Assembly (NCBI RefSeq): GCF_009914755.1
Contig: NC_060930.1
Direction: 5' to 3' (one strand)
Length of the DNA: 64,000 nt
DNA from: the human T2T-CHM13v2.0 reference genome, Homo sapiens
Below the pieces are notes generated by a model. That model made no database searches and was not told where the DNA came from. It saw only the letters and a list, made by a program, of their open reading frames with translations. Below, one piece after another: positions 43,090 through 57,059 of the stretch (within the stretch, counting starts at the first letter, position 1; each line of letters begins with the position of its first letter). The position numbers were made by a program, and so were the translations under genes.

Positions 43090-44470
43090 AACTGGCTTCA
43101 GGCATATGGTATGGAGTCATCTCTGTGGTAAGGTCTGACAATGTTCTCTTCAGGTAACCCCTCACTGGAGCCAACACAGGTGCTGAGGTCCCAGGTGGGT
43201 GTCCGTAACCATGACCTCGGGGTTCATCATGGACCAAGCTGCAGCAGCGAAGATGTGGACACCCCTTCCTGCAGATCCCATACATGGATCCCTGAAAGTC
43301 TTCCCCAGGAAGGGCTTGAGGAAATCTAGACTCGAGGTCAGGAGATATTCATGGTCTGGCTAGAGATTCATGGCCCCCGCTCTCAAAGTAGCAAACTCCA
43401 TGGCACCAGGCAGGCAGCTCCATGCCACTGCAGTTGAGGGAGGGAACGGACGAAGAGGCAGTCGGGTGGCCCTGAGCTGAGTGAGTTATAAACAGGAACA
43501 AATCTTTCATTCCCAAGGGCCTCATACTTTTACTGTGGAACTAGAAGAAAATGAGGTGTTGTCCTGAGTACTTCAAAGTCATGTCCCAGACTAGTGGCAA
43601 ACAACCGATCTTTCCTCTTGAGACATGTTCACTGGTTCTAAAGGCATTAAACAACGATTCCATTAAACAATGGACTTCTGGGGAGGGTACTTTTTGGGCC
43701 CCAGTTGACAGAATATGGCAATTCTATTTGAGAGCCTTGGGCCGTCTGTATCCAGATGAAGGTGACTGATGTCAGGGACATCTTAGCTATGGACTCTTCA
43801 AAAGCAGCAAGCCATGGGTGTTAATGTTCCTCAACAGCATGTCTTTGGACCTTGAGAGTGTGAGCCTTGGGAGCGCATTGGTGTGCCTGCCAGACCACCC
43901 TCAGCACACAAGTGGAGTCCACCCCGGAACAGAAGGCAGAGCCCACCTCTGGATTTCCAACATTTCAGCATGGGGGCTCCTGGCTAGAACCATCCCATAG
44001 TGGGTAATACACACAGGACATACCTCAGCTCTGAGAAGGACAGAAATCCAGAACTGTCTATCAGTCACTCTCTCAACTGGAGGCCTCAGCTGGAGAGATG
44101 TAACTGAACTGTCTAAAGATGCTGGGCATTAGGATGTCCATATGTCTCTAGGAGTGAGGCCAGAAGACTTCCTCCTTATGCTGGGGAACTGGAGGGGAGA
44201 CCTAGGCTGCCCATCTGCCTCTGGAAGGAGTTGAGACACTGGAGACCTAATTCAGTGTGCAACTAATTTCAGGAACAAAACACAGGAACTGTAACAAGCA
44301 GCCACCAACACATCTTGGAACAGCTCAGACTGGATCAAGCCGTGGCCGGCTGCCAGGGTAAGGATGTGGGAGCTTTTGGCAGACAGAGTGTTGCTAGGAA
44401 CCAGGGGCTGCAGGACAGGAAGCAAAATGGTCAACTGCTGAAGCCTCTTTGTGTCTTGTGCTACAACTGT
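43090..44470 (-). pseudogene. Three CUB-like remnants
   Basis: CSTRHKEAS / VPSNTLS..LTLAAGHGLIQSELFQDVLV..SSCVLFLKL; FIWIQTAQGSQIELPY ... SGQHLIFF*FHS; NCSGMEL. Confidence 0.6.
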
Positions 44471-44486
44471 TTAGAACCTTACCCAC

Positions 44487-44842
44487 TGTTATGGCTGAAT
44501 GGTGTCTGACTGCACCCCAATTCCTATGCTGAAGCCCTAACATCTGGTACCTCAGAATGTGACTATATTTGCAGATACGGCCTTTAAAGAGGTGATTAAG
44601 TTAAAATGAGGTGGTTAGGGTGGGCCCTAATCCAGTATGGCTGAGGGTCTTTATAAGAAGAGGAAATTAGGACAGAGTCATATACATATGGAGAAAAGAT
44701 CATGTGATGATACAGGGAGAAAATGGCCATCTGCAAGCCAAGGAGAGAGGCCGCTCTGCCAGCACCTTGATCTTGGACTTCCAGCCTCTGGAATTGTCGT
44801 TTCTACTACTTCAGCCTCCCAATCTGTGGCACTTTGTTCTGA
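44487..44842 (+). mobile_element. MLT1A-type LTR
   Basis: tgttatggctgaat...gacagccctagcatgtgaataca. Confidence 0.8.
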
Positions 44843-45017
44843 CAGCCCTAGCATGTGAATACATCCAGGCATAAAGTAGGGGAGGAGAATGAAATAGGAC
44901 AAGATAGGGTAACCCACAGGAAACATCTGCCCACTGGTGAGCTTTCCCTGTGTACACAGGGTTGGCCAGACAGAAGGTCCTGCCACTTCTCCAGAAAGGT
45001 CAGGGCCACTACCCCTC

Positions 45018-45468
45018 TGCTATGGGTTGGATGTGGTTTGTTTGTTTCTGTCAGAACTCATGTTGAAATTTGATCTCTAATGTGGCAGTGTTGGGCGGTG
45101 GGGCCTAGTGAGAGGTGTTTGGTTACTGGTGCGGATCTCTCATGCATAGGTTGGTGCTATTCTCAAGGAAATCAGTGAGTGCTCGCCCCGGGGAGACTAG
45201 ATGAGTTCTCTTGGGAATAGATTAGTTCCTTTGAGAGAGGATTGTTAATAGAGCCAGCATTCCCCTGGGACTTTCTCCTCTTCAAACGTGTCCACTGCCC
45301 CTTTGATATTCTCCACCACGTTATGATGCAGTTGTGATAGTCCTCACTGGAAGCCAGGGCCATGCCCTTGAACTTCTCACCCTGCAAAATTGTGAGCTAA
45401 ACGTATTTTTTTAATACATTACCCAGTCTCAAGTGTTCTTTTATAGCAACACAAAATAAACTAAAATA
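45018..45468 (+). mobile_element. MSTB-type LTR
   Basis: tgctatgggttggatgtggtttg...ttttatagcaacacaaaataaactaa. Confidence 0.8.
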
Positions 45469-45499
45469 CCCCCTCAGAGGATCTAAGTTGGGGATGGGG

Positions 45500-47040
45500 C
45501 AGTGGCCTATCTTGGAGGAGAAACCTCGGCTAGGTGGGTCCAACCCTTGCATCAGAGCATGTGTGGCTAAGTGGCAAGGCTGAGGCCTTCAGCACAGGGG
45601 CAGGCACAGGGGCAGGAGAAGCAACTCCACGTTGGGCAAAGCAAGAAATCCATTCTGCTCTGTGGCTTTGCTGTGTGTCACTAGGGAGACAAGTGGACAG
45701 TGTCACACAAACAGCCCATTGCTGACTGGTAAGGGGAGTGGGGAACAAACCATTCTGGAGGAACAGATTGAGGACAGAGTCCTAGCACCTCTCTAGTCGA
45801 GGGAAACCTGGAAGAATGAAAGTCTTTGTGAGAACGCAAAGATTTTCCAAGTTATTCTATCTTCTCACCATTGGACCCCGAAGGCTCTCCCCTGCCCCAG
45901 CCTGCACTGCTCAATATAATCATCCACTGCAGTCACAGGGGAAAATGAGGCTGCAATTCACCCAGAATGGAAAGATCAGCTGCATATTTCCAGACCAATT
46001 TTTTCCACTGACAGTGACTCGATAAATAACCACAGGCTGGGAGAAGGAGAAGACCGTGTGGATGAGAGCTGGGTGGGGCATGTACTCTGGTTGTCCTTCC
46101 ACCCTTCAAAGAATTACAGGCTGGCCAGCAAGACTCAGCCTCCAGCCATCCCTCATCCTACTGATTGTCTCTAAGGTCAACTTGTTGTCTACAGTGCAGT
46201 GAGGCACTCCCCTGTGCCTCAGACCCCACCCAGCTCTAACGTCCACCTTGTGGAGTGGACAACCCTCTACTGCAGGATCCTCTAGAACACAGCAGGAAAC
46301 TTGCACATCTTTGGACTAATGAGGCACACAGGGAAAACCCTGATTCCTGCTGGAGGGGCACAAAATAGAGCAGCTCTGTTATTATTCAATGTATATGCTT
46401 TTAAAATTATTAATTTTTTAAAATTTTAGATTCAGGGGATACATGTGCAGGTTGGTTACATAGATATATTGCATAATGGTGAGGTTTAGGCTTGTAGTAT
46501 ACCTATCACCCAATCAGTGAACATTGTACCCAATAGGTAATTTTTCAACGCTCACCCCCTCCCACCCTCCATTGATATACTGATTACACGTTTTTGATCT
46601 AGCAAAGCTATCCACTAAAAACACTTAGAGACTAATAATGTTATACCTAAGTTTTCCACTCTCTTACTCTTTTCTGGACATTTTTTTATGGATATAAAAT
46701 GTGTATACAGAAATATTAACAAACTTTAAGGGTACAGGTCAATGACTGCTGATATAAGTAGATACCTGTATAACCACCACCTTACTCAAAATAACAGGAG
46801 CAGACATTTTTAAAAGGATGACAACAGAGAACTGTTTCTTTTCTTTCTTTGCAAATCATTTCTTCCCCCAGTCACCATCCCTCAACATACATGAGAGATT
46901 TTTGAATAATGTTGGAATGCTTCTGGTTGCCTTGGACACATGCCAGCAGTGGGCTGGTTTGGGGTCTGGGAGGGTACTGGTGGTCAGGAGACCACTCGGG
47001 GCTCACAGGACACCCACTATTGCCTGGGGCTCATTCCCCA
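45500..47040 (-). pseudogene. CUB-like remnants
   Basis: GNSGCPVSPEWSPDHQYPPR / HCWHV..IPTLFKNL (47030-46880); IYRVTV..GNMQLIF..C / DDYIE ... ENLCVLTKTFILPGF (46030-45800). Confidence 0.6.
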
Positions 47041-47126
47041 GAGCTGCCTAAGCACGGTCTCAAGAACATGTTCCAATGCCATCCCAGTGTGCAGCAGGCC
47101 AACACAATTCAGCTTTGTAAGGCACC

Positions 47127-47565
47127 TGTTACAGGTTGAACTGTGTCCCCTAAAAAGATACGCTGAAGTCCCAACCTCCAGTACCACAGAATGTGGCTTT
47201 ATTTGGAAGTTGTTGCAGGTGCAATTAGTTAAGATGAGGTCATACTGGAGTAGAATGAACTCATATTGAATGAATCCAGTGTGACCGATGTCCTTATAAG
47301 AAGATGGTCATGTGATGACAATGACATGACCACAAAGGCAGAGACTGTGCAAGCCAAAGAGTGCCAAGGATGGACAGCCAGCCACCCCAGAAACTGGGAA
47401 GAAGCAAGGAAGGGCTCCACCTAGTCTCAGAAGGACCAACGTTCTGGTGACACCTGGATTTAGGATTTCCAGCCTCCAGAACAATGAGAGCATACATTTC
47501 TGCTGTTTAAACCACCCAGGGCGTGGGGCCCTTTTGCCACAGCCCTAGGTGATCTGGTAGAGCAA
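47127..47565 (+). mobile_element. MLT1B/C LTR
   Basis: tgttacaggttgaactgtgtccccta...ttccagcctccagaacaatgaga. Confidence 0.8.
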
Positions 47566-47999
47566 CATACTGCACAGCGAGCACCACACAACTACAATGT
47601 CTCACCCTCCATTTTCTCCATCCCATGCCACCAAGGTGACTTTATTGAGTCCTATTCTTTAGTTTGTATTATGAGAACAACTGACTGACTTATTGAAGAT
47701 ATAGATAGAATTTCAAATTACATATCCTATGGGCCACACTGGTATGTCCCACGATAGCTGTAGAACCAACAATGCAATTATGGCTAAGATTTATCCACAC
47801 TTACTAGGAGTCCTTCTTGCATCATCCCATTTAATTATCCCAACAGCCTTTATTAGGTGGATACGTCATTGTCCCCATTTTACAGACAAAGAAGCTGAGG
47901 CTTTGCAAAGGGAAGTAACTTGCTCAAGGTCAACAGCGGAGAAGTGGATTGCTGTTTGGACACACAGTGCCACGTGTGGTGTTAGGTGGGCTGATCTCC

Positions 48000-50640
<2,641 letters not shown>

Positions 50641-50869
50641 AACAAGTTAGCAAGTCCTTACTCTCTCAAATATGACAAGCAGTAATGACAAAGATGTCCC
50701 AAGCATCCTCTAAACGTATGTAAGTTATTAGTATTCTACCACGCTATATTCAGGAAAAGGTTTGCTAAATGCTAGTTATGATCAACAGAGACAGATTGCT
50801 TCAGCAAAATGTCAGCGAAGGGCTCTAGTCAATTTACTCAGTTACAGATGTTTGTAAAATCACTTAGCC

Positions 50870-50984
50870 GTGGCAGGCATGGTGGCTCACCGTGTAATCC
50901 CACCACTTTGGGAGATTGAGGTAGGAAGATTGCTTGAGACCAGCCTGGGCAACATAGTGAGACCCCGTCTCTATAAAAAAATAT

Positions 50985-51018
<34 letters not shown>

Positions 51019-51173
51019 GTACATATTAGCCAGGCATGGTGGCATGCTTGTCGTCCCAGCTACTCAGGAGGCTGAGGTGGGAGGATCACCTGAGCCCAGG
51101 AAATCGAGGCTTTGGTGAGCCGTGTTCATGCCACTGCACTCCAGCATAGGCGACAGAGTTAGACCCTGTCTCC

Positions 51174-51211
<38 letters not shown>

Positions 51212-51569
51212 CAGAACAGTGTTCAGCCCCTACTGTGTTCTCAGGCACACAAGGAAGGATTGATGTCGTTCATTTCCCATATGACTTACATACAGTCTAA
51301 CTGAAGGAACTAGACTAACATTCAAGAAATAATGATAACCAGCATTTAAAATTGTGGTAACGATTCTAAACATAATTGATTTATTCAACTTACTGTTAGG
51401 CTCAGCCAATACTAGATGAGTTAGGCATGACTCTTGCCTCAAAGAGCTATTTTTAATCAGGTAAACAGACACATAATAAAGTAACTCTAATAGAATTTAG
51501 CAACTGCTGGCAGTGAGCCGAGATCGCGCCACTGCACTCCAGCCTGGGCGACAGAGCAAGACTCTGTCT

Positions 51570-51600
<31 letters not shown>
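50870..51600 (+). mobile_element. AluJ with (TA)n and (CAA)n, plus a 5'-truncated Alu at 51509-51600
   Basis: Truncated Alu TSD agaatttagcaa(c/g)tgct. Confidence 0.88.
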
Positions 51601-51602
<2 letters not shown>

Positions 51603-51699
51603 AGAATTTAGCAAGTGCTATTGAGAATTTAGAGGGCTCCTTTCTTCAGGAATTCAGAGTCACTGCTATTTTGTTAGCTATTTGTAGTATTCCCAATAT

Positions 51700-52330
51700 A
51701 CAAGTTATTATCGTTTAGAGGTGACTTTTTTTTCAGTATCCTTGAGGATATTATTGGTGAAAAAACATTGCCAAAATCTATAGTTACTGACAGAAAAAGG
51801 ATGATACAAATTTATGGTGCCCAGATTTGACCTCTGACTAAATAATTTTGAGTATTTTTCTTTTAGGTAGCCATATGGTACCTTTGCAAAGACAGGTCAA
51901 ATACATATCTTCAGGCTTCTTAGCAGGAAAAGAGAAACAAACATTCCACCTACCCAATTTATAGTTTTCTATCAATACAAACAGATTGGCTGCTGCTCAG
52001 AAGAAACTCAGCTACTCCAGATGTAGAAATCTCAAAAAGGAAACTTTGTAGGTATAGTGGGAAGGGTGTTAGCCAACCTTCATGAGCACAATTTTGATCT
52101 TTTTGTGTGTCTCTTTTGTAGAGCCCTGAAATGCTAGCTGATGAATATCTCCAAAGGATAATTGAGATGGTACAGTTCCATGAAGGGCCAAGTATGCAGG
52201 GCTAAACCCGGGGTAATATTTAGAACAGCTAGAGGAGTGGATAGATTCCATGATCCAAGGCAATACTCCAAAAATACTCTTTCTCACAACTGGATTTTTT
52301 TTTCAAGATGTTTGGGTAAGAAAGAGCACA
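51700..52330 (-). pseudogene. Trypsin-like domain remnant (domain 1)
   Basis: In order: VLPWIMES, AYLALH, SFGDIHQL..KIKIVL..*HPSHY, FLHLE*LSF, QQPICL (51992-51978), EVK...FC. Confidence 0.6.
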
Positions 52331-52539
52331 GGATTATAATCTAGGTAAGGAATTAGAAGGCAAAGTGTCTGTATAGCAGATTACGTGCCGATTCAGAGGA
52401 CAAGAAAACATTTCATTTATTTTAAAAATCGCATCACCATCCCAATGCTCATGTCTGCATGGATGGCCACCTGACTATGGCCCAGGAAGGCCCCGGGAAT
52501 TCTTTCACCTTGCATACCAGCTAGTGTTAGTAATATCTG

Positions 52540-55500
52540 TAGTAGCAACATGTATGAATGCCTGCCTCTTAGCACCCTTACCAGCACTGAATATTTTAAT
52601 TTTTAAGTGTTTGCCAACCCAGTGGGTGAAAAAGGGAAACATATTTTTTAAGTGTGCATTTCTTTAGCTAATAATGAGGTTGGTTATTTTCCATGTGCTT
52701 TGACCATTTTTCTATTTGGAGTCTTACTGTCTTTTTCTTATCAATTTGCATGGGCTCTCTATATATTCAACATGTTCATCCCTATTAACCTGGATCTTGA
52801 GCCACTCCTTAGTGGAAATATAAAGTGGCCAGCAGAATCCAGGACCAGTTTTGGAAAGCATGGTGGGTCTAGTTGGTTTAAAGTACTGTAATGTGGCCGG
52901 GCGTGATGGCTCACACCTGTAATCCGAGCACTTTGGAAGGCTGAGGTTGGCAGATCACCTGAGGCCAGGAGTTCGAGACCAGCCTGGCCAATATGGTGAA
53001 ACCCTGTCTCTACAAAAAATACAAAAATTAGCTGGGTGTGGTGGTGCATGCCTGTAGTCCCAGATACTCAGGAGGCTGAGGCTGAGGCAGGAGAATCGCT
53101 TGAACTCAGGAGGCGGAGGTTGCAGTGAGCTGAGGTCACGCCACTGCTCTCCAGCCTGGGCAACAGAGCAAGACTCCGTATCAAAAAAAAAAAAAAAAAA
53201 AAAAAAAGGTACCATAATGCTATGATGCTTTAGGCTGGTATCAAAACCCTTTACTTGTAATTCATTTTTAAACCTATCCTTACTCCCCAAAAGACTAGCA
53301 GCAAACAATGTAAGCTGCTTTAGTAATAATTTTGGTGTGAGGCAGTGGCGGAGAAGAAATGGGGGCCATAAAACAACATGTAACTTTAGCACATAATTTG
53401 AAATTATTAAAAAATGAATTCAGAATTCCATTTCCTTTCATAGTTTGCAAAGAAGGCATTTCAGTTTGACATTATATAAGTATATGCTTCTGTATGCGTG
53501 TGTCTATGTGTATTTTGTGGTTTTGTAACAAATCACTTTCCTTAGCCACTAAGGGAAAACAAAGTGTGAAGATTTCAATGACTAAGCTCAGCTATAATAC
53601 TTGTTTTAAATTAAGAAATACTTTTATTGAGGTATGAAATTTACATATAGTGAAATGCACAAATCTTAGTTATTGAGTTTGGTGAGTTTTGATAAATGCA
53701 TACATCTACATCGGCCATACCTCCAAGATATAGGATGTTATCTTCACCTCAGAAAGTTCTCTGGTGCCCCTTCCTAGTCAATCTGCCACTTCTAGTAAAA
53801 AACGATCAGATTTCCATCACCATAGACAAGTTTGCCCCTTCCAGAACTTCATATATGCGTATGGATTCAGATAATATATACGTACTCTTTAGTGTCCGGC
53901 TCCTGTCACTCAGCCTTATGCTTCGGAGACTTACCCATGTTGTTGTATGCAACTGTATCTGTGGGTTGCTCCCTTCTGTTGGCAAATAATATTCCATTGT
54001 TCTATGGTATGAATGATCTTCACTTTGTTGATCCAGCTTCCAGCTGATGGATATCTGGGCTGTGTCTAATTTTTATTATTTATTTATTTATTTTATTTTA
54101 TCATTATTATTATTATTATTATTTTTATTTTTGAGACAGAGTCTCGATCTGTCACCCAGGCTGGAGTGCAGTGGTACAATCTCAGCTCACTGCAACCTCT
54201 CCCTCCCCGGTTCAAGTGATTCTCATTTCTCAGCCTCCTGAGTAGCTGGGATTACAGGCGCACGCCACCATGACTGGCCAGCTTTTGTATTTTTAGTAGA
54301 GATGGGTTTTGCCATTTTGGCCAGGCTAGTCTCCAACTCCTGACCTCAGATGATCCAGCCACCTTGGCCTCCTAAAGTGCTGAAATTATGGGCATGAGCC
54401 ACTGCGCCCAGCCCTAATTTTTATTTTTGTAAATAAAATTGCCATGAGCATTCTTACACAAGGCTTTTTGTGGCTATAGGCTTTAACTTCTGATGGATAA
54501 ATACCTAAGAGTGAAATTTCTGGGTCATAGGGTAGATGCATGTTTAATGTTTAGGAAACTTCCACGGTTTCCTGAAGTGGCTGTGCTATTTATACTCCCT
54601 CCAGAGCTATGTTAGAGTTCTAATCAGTCTACATTTTCACCAACATTTGGTGTGAACAACCTTTGTACCCACACTTTGGTAAGTATGAAAAGGTATCTCA
54701 TTACAGTTTTAATTTACCTTCCTCTGATGATTAATGATATCGAATACTTATTTTTATTTTTTTATTTTTTTTTGAGACGGAGTCTCACTCTTTCGCCCAG
54801 GCTGGACTGCAGTGGTGCTATCTTGGCTCACTGCAAGCTCCACCTCCCGGGTTCAAACGATTCTGCTACCTCTGCCTTCTGAGTAGCTGAGATTACAGGT
54901 GCCCGCCACCACGCCTGGCTAATTTTTGTATTTTTAGTAGAGACGGGGTTTCACCGTGTTAGCCACAATGGTCTTGATCTCCTGACCTGGTGATCTGCCC
55001 ACCTCGACCTCCCACAGTATGGGATTATAGGCATGAGCCACTGCGCCCAGCCGATATTGAATACTTTTTCATGAGCTTCTTGGCCATTTACGTATCTTCA
55101 CTTATAAAGTATTTGTTGAAGACTTTTGTCCATTTCAAAAAAAAACTGTATTGTCTTTTTTAAGTTGTAGGAAGTCTTTCTATATTCTTGATACAAGTCC
55201 TTTGTCCGATATATGTTTTGCAAGAATTTTCTCCAAGATTGTGGCTTGCCTAGAAATTTTGTCTTTGATGAACAGGCATTTTTAATTTTAATAAAGCCCA
55301 TTTAATCAATTTTTTTACAGTTCGTGCTTTCTGTATCCTAAGAAATCTTTGCCTATCTCAATATCAGGAAGATACTCTCTTGCTCACTCTAGAAACTTTG
55401 TGATTTAGCTTTTATACTCACATCTGTGATCCCTCTCAATGTCACTCTTATGTACAGTGTGAGGTAGCAGCTGAGGTTCACTTATTTCGCTGTGAATATT

Positions 55501-55740
55501 CATCTGCTCTATAAAGACTTGGCTTTCCTCATTGAATTGTTTTGTCACCCTTTTTGAAAGTCATCTTCTCATATGTGTGTGTCATAACTGTACTCACTAT
55601 TCTATTTCATTAATCTATTTGCCTATTCTTTTACCAACACCAGCCTGCCTTGGCCTCCCAAAATGCTGGGATTATAGGCATGAGCCACTGCGCCCTGCCT
55701 ACACTGTCTTAATTACTGTAGCTTAGTAATAAATCTTGAA
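52540..55740 (-). mobile_element. Old L1ME/MD fragments with Alus (52895-53208 +; 54070-54412 -; 54745-55052 -)
   Basis: Antisense L1 motifs and Alu consensus. Confidence 0.8.
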
Positions 55741-55779
55741 GTCAAGCGGAGTATCATACTTTAACTTGAAATCCTCCTT

Positions 55780-55970
55780 TAATAAACTACAAGGCTTCAG
55801 ACATCTATCCTGCTTCCCAAATCAGAGATACCGTAAAGTATCTATGGGTGTGCACCACCAGTCATTTATTCTCATATTGAGCTGTGAGTGCCGTGAATGT
55901 CATGAAGTCCCTTTTGCTGTGAATTTATTATGAGCACATACTTTTGAACATCTCCCACTCCACAATTATT
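55780..55970 (-). pseudogene. CUB-like remnant
   Basis: NNCGVG / YENK / NDWWCTPIDTLRYL*F..CLKPC. Confidence 0.4.
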
Positions 55971-56359
55971 TCCAAAGTTTTTCAAGAAAAAACTTTCTAG
56001 TATGGTGTTCTGGATTTAGAAAAAAGAGAAAAGTGAGATTAAAAAAAGAAGAGGAGAATGAAAATGAGTTTATACTTTACAGCTTTTACGTCCTAGGTAT
56101 AGGTGGGGATGGTGCACTCTGGTGTCGCTCTCTCCTTGCTCTGACAAGGGAGATAGGGCAAGTTACTTAAACTCTGCAAGCCTCACTTTCCTCATCTGTA
56201 AAATGGGGATAAAATATTAAGCACTTAAGAAATGTCCTTGTGACTCCTGGGGGCAAAAAAAAAAAAAAAAAAAAAAAAGGAATTTTGAGGACTTCCTGTA
56301 TAGCTCTATTAACCCAGATGGTGCTGAACTGGAGGAGGGACGGACAGGAGTACACACAC

Positions 56360-56461
56360 CTGAAGCGGAGATGAGCTCTCACGTCGGATCGAGCGAGTCA
56401 TCCACGAAGTGCTCGTACATTTTCACCTGTGACTCAATGCGAACTTTCTCTAGGGATGTCC
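56360..56461 (-). pseudogene. 102-nt exon-like CpG-rich segment
   Basis: ctcacag|GG ACA...TCA G|gtgtgt, phase 1-1; TSLEKVRIESQVKMYEHFVDDSLDPT*ELISAS. Confidence 0.35.
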
Positions 56462-57059
56462 CTGTGAGCAAGATCATCCGTCCTGAGCAAAGGGCTCTGG
56501 CACTGGTTTTCCTCAGGGGCCCTTTTAACAAAGATTCCCAGGGAAAGAGGGGAGAGGAAGGGAGGAAAATTAGTTGGGGTAAAGGTATTTTCCCAAATCG
56601 TCAGAGCGTGTGAGCCTCTTCAGGCAGACCCCGATCTCCCCCCGGGGATGGAGTGTGCTCCTCTCCTCTTCCCTCCTTCCCCACCCTGCCCTGGCACCCG
56701 GTGCCACCCCTGCCTTCTCCCCATCTTTATTATGTTGGCCCGGGCTGCCTCACAGCATGCTCGGTTTATTTTCTAATTATTTTCTCCTGCTGCAAACTTT
56801 AGCCAGCCCTGTAGATATGATATCTGGTGATTCTGGGGGACTCAGAGAGGCATTTATTTATTTTCTTATTTATATGAGCTATATTAGTTGGGAGTTCTCC
56901 TTTTGGAACTAGTGAGGTCTAGTTTGTCCACTGCGATGATCTCTGGGGCAGCGGACACCATCCCAGGCTCTCCCGCAGGAGGGAAGCAGCTCCCTGAGCC
57001 TCGCCCCGCCCCTCAGTGGAAGAGCTATCCTGGATTAGGGATGCCCGACTCTGGTCACT

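Noticed and set aside
56255-56278. Orphan poly(A) run as a retrocopy tail
   Set aside because: No TSD or retroposed body identifiable
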